Assembly: GCA_964531875.1 (NCBI GenBank)
Contig: CAZHFT010000001.1
Location: forward strand, 1 to 25,874
Direction: 5' to 3'
Length of the DNA: 25,874 nucleotides
Source of the DNA: an uncultured archaeon
Lineage (GTDB): Archaea; Iainarchaeota; Iainarchaeia; Iainarchaeales; Iainarchaeaceae
This document shows positions 24,401 to 25,874 of the stretch, one piece after another. The notes under the pieces are model-generated. The model had not been told where the DNA came from, made no database searches, and saw nothing but the letters and a program-made list of their open reading frames with translations. Within the stretch, counting starts at the first letter, position 1; the number at the start of each line of letters is the position of its first letter. The translations under genes were made by a program, and so were the position numbers.

Positions 24401-25874
24401 CCCGGTTTTAATAATCTCGGTGTGAAAGTGAATGAACCTGGCGAGTACAAGGTTGTTGTTTCTTTCACCGTCAATGGAGCAGATTATGAAAGTGAGTGGG
24501 AGTTTTCAGTAGAGAAAGCGCTGATTGCTGTTTGTGGGAATAGCATTTGTGAGGAAGGTGAGACTCCTGAGAATTGTGTGGAGGATTGTGGTGTTCCTCT
24601 TAGAGAAAACAAAAAAGACATGAGCAAGTATTCAGAAAAAGAGGCTTTCCTGATTTCCGATAAGGATTGGAGAAGCGTTCTTTCTCTTGTGCCTGTTACT
24701 ACTTGGACAACTAGAGAGGGCGAAATTGAAAAATATCCTTCTCTAGTGTTCCATGAAGAAGATGCTGAAGACCGAGTTTTGACTTTGGATAAACAATTAC
24801 TTTTGAATGATGTAAGAATGACTTTTCGTTATATTAGTCCTCTTATTTTTGAGGAAAGACCTAATAGTAAAAGTTTTGAATATTCTTTTGATGTTCCTGA
24901 GAGAGCTTGGGAATATATGAATAATTCTGATGTTCATGGTTCTACTAACGGAATTCTAATAAAATTTAAGATTAAAACAGAAACCGAATTCTATGGTGAT
25001 ATGAATCCTTTTATTGCTGCTTTTAAGGAACACTTAATTTTAAATGGGTGCCCTGTTTCTGTTCCTGGTTCAGGTGCTGGTTATGGGTTTAAGGGAGATG
25101 TGCTTGATTTAACTCTATATATTACTTTTGACTATAGCGATGTAGAGTTATTTGAATTTGGAAATTTAATGACTTTAGAAGAGTTTGATGATGAACATTA
25201 TTTGATTGAAGAATTGAAAATTTACCCTGAACCATATTATATGAATAATATTGGAGAGGGATTTGAAAATCTCACAGTTAGAGTAGGGGACGAGTGTAAT
25301 AATGATTGGGTAGAGTTTTGTATTACTGATGTTCAATTTGATAAGCAAACGGTTTTGCCAGGAGAAGAATTTAGTTATACTTATTCAATTCAAAATATAA
25401 CAAGTTCAACTATTGATTTATTGTCTGAAAATCAAGATTTTGAAATATATGTGTTTGAACCTTTGGACAATTTAAAAGTTGGGAATATTAGTTTTCCAAG
25501 TAGGATAGTTGAGCCAGGTGAAACAACTTCAGTTACAATTAATACCTTGTATAATGCTTCTTTAGATTATTCCTTTGATGCTGATTCAGTTTTTCATTTT
25601 TTACGACAATATTCTCCTGAGGAATTAACTATAGTGGGAGAAACAACCCCTGATTTTGATAATCTTATTATTTCTCCTAGTGGAGCTGATTTGAGTGAAG
25701 GTGTAGTTCAAATAATTGATTCCGCTGATTATTTCTCGTTTTGGTTATCTTTTGAAGACATTGTTTTTGTTCATAGTGAAAACTATAAAGATGCCTTAGT
25801 GGCATCAACGTTTGCATCATCTTTAAATGCACCGCTGGTTTTTTTGGATGAATCCAATATGGCTAATTATTATA
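18416..25874 (+). CDS. Giant secreted multidomain S8A (Vpr-like) serine protease/adhesin, >2486 aa, 3' end outside window
   Basis: Hand translation found no stop from ATG 18416 to the window end. Signal peptide MDNKLFFAFFLVFLFVGFGFA; I9-like propeptide (GYIVKLK...EYIKVFNGFAL); catalytic Asp (IAIIDTG, 21353), His (HGHGTH, 21470), oxyanion Asn (AAGNSG, 21761) and Ser (GTSMATPH, 22025). Also FG-GAP motifs, WPMFQHDPQYTG, CGNSICEEGETPENCVEDC and CWB2-like NYKDALVASTFASSLNAPLVFL. Confidence 0.93.
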   Translation, partial: MDNKLFFAFFLVFLFVGFGFASTTPNVLYDWSWSGVSVDACEGSNEKVIFCDATQFSISLLKKLNSVSAGSSFEFDAFLMGDGFSQDFREDFDHYYSNISFFDSPFFYINETDGLRHYFTSSDLFVFKLNGESWVDGVKLVPGEYRVSVDVPIDFNPGVLGVESVVVDFEFLSSPEEESALLFLPFDGEIGFFNGDKDRVGYGVVFSSGGEIALNDKVIFDSTVSGGVVEVSDFVFVDDFVELNDFYKKKQLLKIVDNEGDFSFEFSSSVPTPVFLEVNKVSDEKEFSVFYNIFSASGATVNLDRDYFLVWDSALEKCADLSGANMTDKFIDFFDRFAEGEGLDRGNVFAVDWADSSADGKVVVESVVYRNGEQDKFYLNLFDLEEGVSSVFYSPFDLGEKIFLSGSGNELVDSKSKSLFDLIKLVERGFVEVVVEDNVTVFQWNEVALRNLLSDKRDDFEAECIPVPEQNQPDVNGSYFPYYVLTQDDLIPSSLATNLPEFDVDDLVDFELVYSSENDVTVTGAYLLDAKGKVKAIGDANAQLAFLLNSASAESSESSSSSEKGFFSGILNFFRNIFTAISNFFSNLFSGGSEPSVNAVDLEVTSSGNGIYVLFEDGSLKVAGEAQVLNSEVIKDAVDLELIIQKDTVVGYRVLDKEGILRGVMGKSQVATEDFGTSSFEYAVDFESSVSGFFVLFSGGTIKQIGGSPISVAVKGKAVDLEFFEGEMYVLDSFGNIQGVDGAPPIAGQLIHIFDSKKAKALEFVGLNEVSAEEDIEVSIATLKDSYMVGEVIGLTDPPEQEITDAEQVFYGSGLVLSTTNFETPQQNEGYIVKLKDKSIIEKKVELDAQGNISKSSISANLDIHEQNLLDEHSAFKYKMNQVLSKGLKKTGSVVVKREYIKVFNGFALDIDDATALELKLLDEVEEIYPNYAVEAVLMDSVPQIQGGVSAGQLGANGDNCTVSGEECLTGEGVTIAIIDTGIDYTHPDLGGCFGAGCKIIGGYDFVNDDADPMDDHGHGTHCAGIAAGNGVLKGVAPEAKIYAYKVLDNGGSGNWDEIIAAIERAVDPNQDGDFTDHVDIISLSLGGAGNSDDAISIAVDNAVDAGVVAVIAAGNSGSNERTIGSPGTARKAITVGAIDGADYMANFSSRGPVVWINTIGIEKAIIKPDIVAPGFEICSAQWEDAWIDTECIDSEHTAISGTSMATPHVAGAVALIKQKNSDWSPAEIKSVLMGTAEDIGYEVITQGAGKVNVPDTLRVNQKPLIAELNVENYAVSGIINISGIAKGEAFEKFDVYYSKKDETEEKWELICSGTSQVDTGVLCRGFDTSILEQGEYMLKLSVNGNQFSTSTYGLVRFNNFEIISVGKNQGYLNGYTDILGEIKLKEYDAYKIIFDNPEQEEQELCFVNGKATTEILCSFDFSQLSDGKYYLKLLISKEGVWVGSETIPIAVIQNLMDGWPVHNSCNGSNVLSPIKIDGVPKIFSADPRECYPGWSLGGKIISYDNFTNKTVLYELFKDGQNITNTNHMSGRLISTLDQKLALSSLSKYIGVVDDSGNFVDNWPYEIDDFEGIYEGAVGSFIISENNLFSVRVISTNQLFDGLSLYKFDKKGNLLYNVPIEKEEGFEEWAISSAGGILIEDDGKEYIGLMVALFNNWGDLNGKLFFDIYSVSDGKRIKRSLLHDGLDKKINYQGFSFTSGDLDGDGSDEIAVGYMVLDLDKFNEDRYNLDAYESHLKILDSTGNILSDIYNIKGYFLNKIRIGRLNTKNPVIIFHLEDTWPTTYDGQRIVGVNLQGDILVDINLEDHTHLVEGLSIGDVTGDSKQDIVIAYRPRWWMENPSGILIYDGKGNLEKEILIPTFGTAEQLGWGNDPLLTDFDLDGKVDIILKTLHLQKNTSDTWQSNIFVFETNTPYDSSTMEWPMFQHDPQYTGRYTKPLPQSKIVNNAEEDVSGLLSFKLLKLDGGSWNDYTTVHEQQVTIPANDLIKLDVGNSEFPGFNNLGVKVNEPGEYKVVVSFTVNGADYESEWEFSVEKALIAVCGNSICEEGETPENCVEDCGVPLRENKKDMSKYSEKEAFLISDKDWRSVLSLVPVTTWTTREGEIEKYPSLVFHEEDAEDRVLTLDKQLLLNDVRMTFRYISPLIFEERPNSKSFEYSFDVPERAWEYMNNSDVHGSTNGILIKFKIKTETEFYGDMNPFIAAFKEHLILNGCPVSVPGSGAGYGFKGDVLDLTLYITFDYSDVELFEFGNLMTLEEFDDEHYLIEELKIYPEPYYMNNIGEGFENLTVRVGDECNNDWVEFCITDVQFDKQTVLPGEEFSYTYSIQNITSSTIDLLSENQDFEIYVFEPLDNLKVGNISFPSRIVEPGETTSVTINTLYNASLDYSFDADSVFHFLRQYSPEELTIVGETTPDFDNLIISPSGADLSEGVVQIIDSADYFSFWLSFEDIVFVHSENYKDALVASTFASSLNAPLVFLDESNMANYY

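Noticed and set aside
24761-25573. 271-aa insert considered as a possible intein
   Set aside because: No N-terminal Cys/Ser block, no C-terminal His-Asn and no LAGLIDADG motifs; it looks like beta-sandwich domains.
18416-25874. About 19 N-x-S/T sequons in the giant protein (hand count)
   Set aside because: This is compatible with N-glycosylation but not clearly above chance for an Asn/Ser/Thr-rich protein of this length.

Overview
Low-GC (about 30% by eye) archaeal chromosome segment, most consistent with a DPANN archaeon (Iainarchaeota/Diapherotrites-like by impression only). Positions 1-18224 are almost all minus-strand housekeeping genes. One block is the conserved archaeal superoperon rpl7ae-rps28e-rpl24e-ndk-[dut]-infB-rps6e-eif2g-PIN-rpoE1-spt4-rps24e-rps27ae-[CPBP]-tsaC-kae1. 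It is followed by grpE-dnaK-dnaJ, valS, two membrane-anchored hypotheticals and a truncated bud32. A winged-HTH regulator and a 4-TM protein lie on the plus strand, divergent from grpE. From 18416 to the window end there is one uninterrupted plus-strand ORF of more than 2486 codons. The ORF track omits it, presumably because it has no stop in the window; I translated it by hand. It encodes a secreted mosaic of an unknown N-terminal domain, a beta-propeller with an inserted amphipathic helix, an internal I9 propeptide, an intact Vpr-like S8 protease, Ig-like, FG-GAP and Cys-rich modules, and CWB2-like repeats. Notable non-coding elements are a tandem kink-turn that sequesters the rpl7ae Shine-Dalgarno, a hairpin plus H-type pseudoknot candidate between grpE and dnaK, and a perfect palindrome between the divergent grpE and HTH promoters. 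I saw no rRNA, tRNA, CRISPR array or mobile element.
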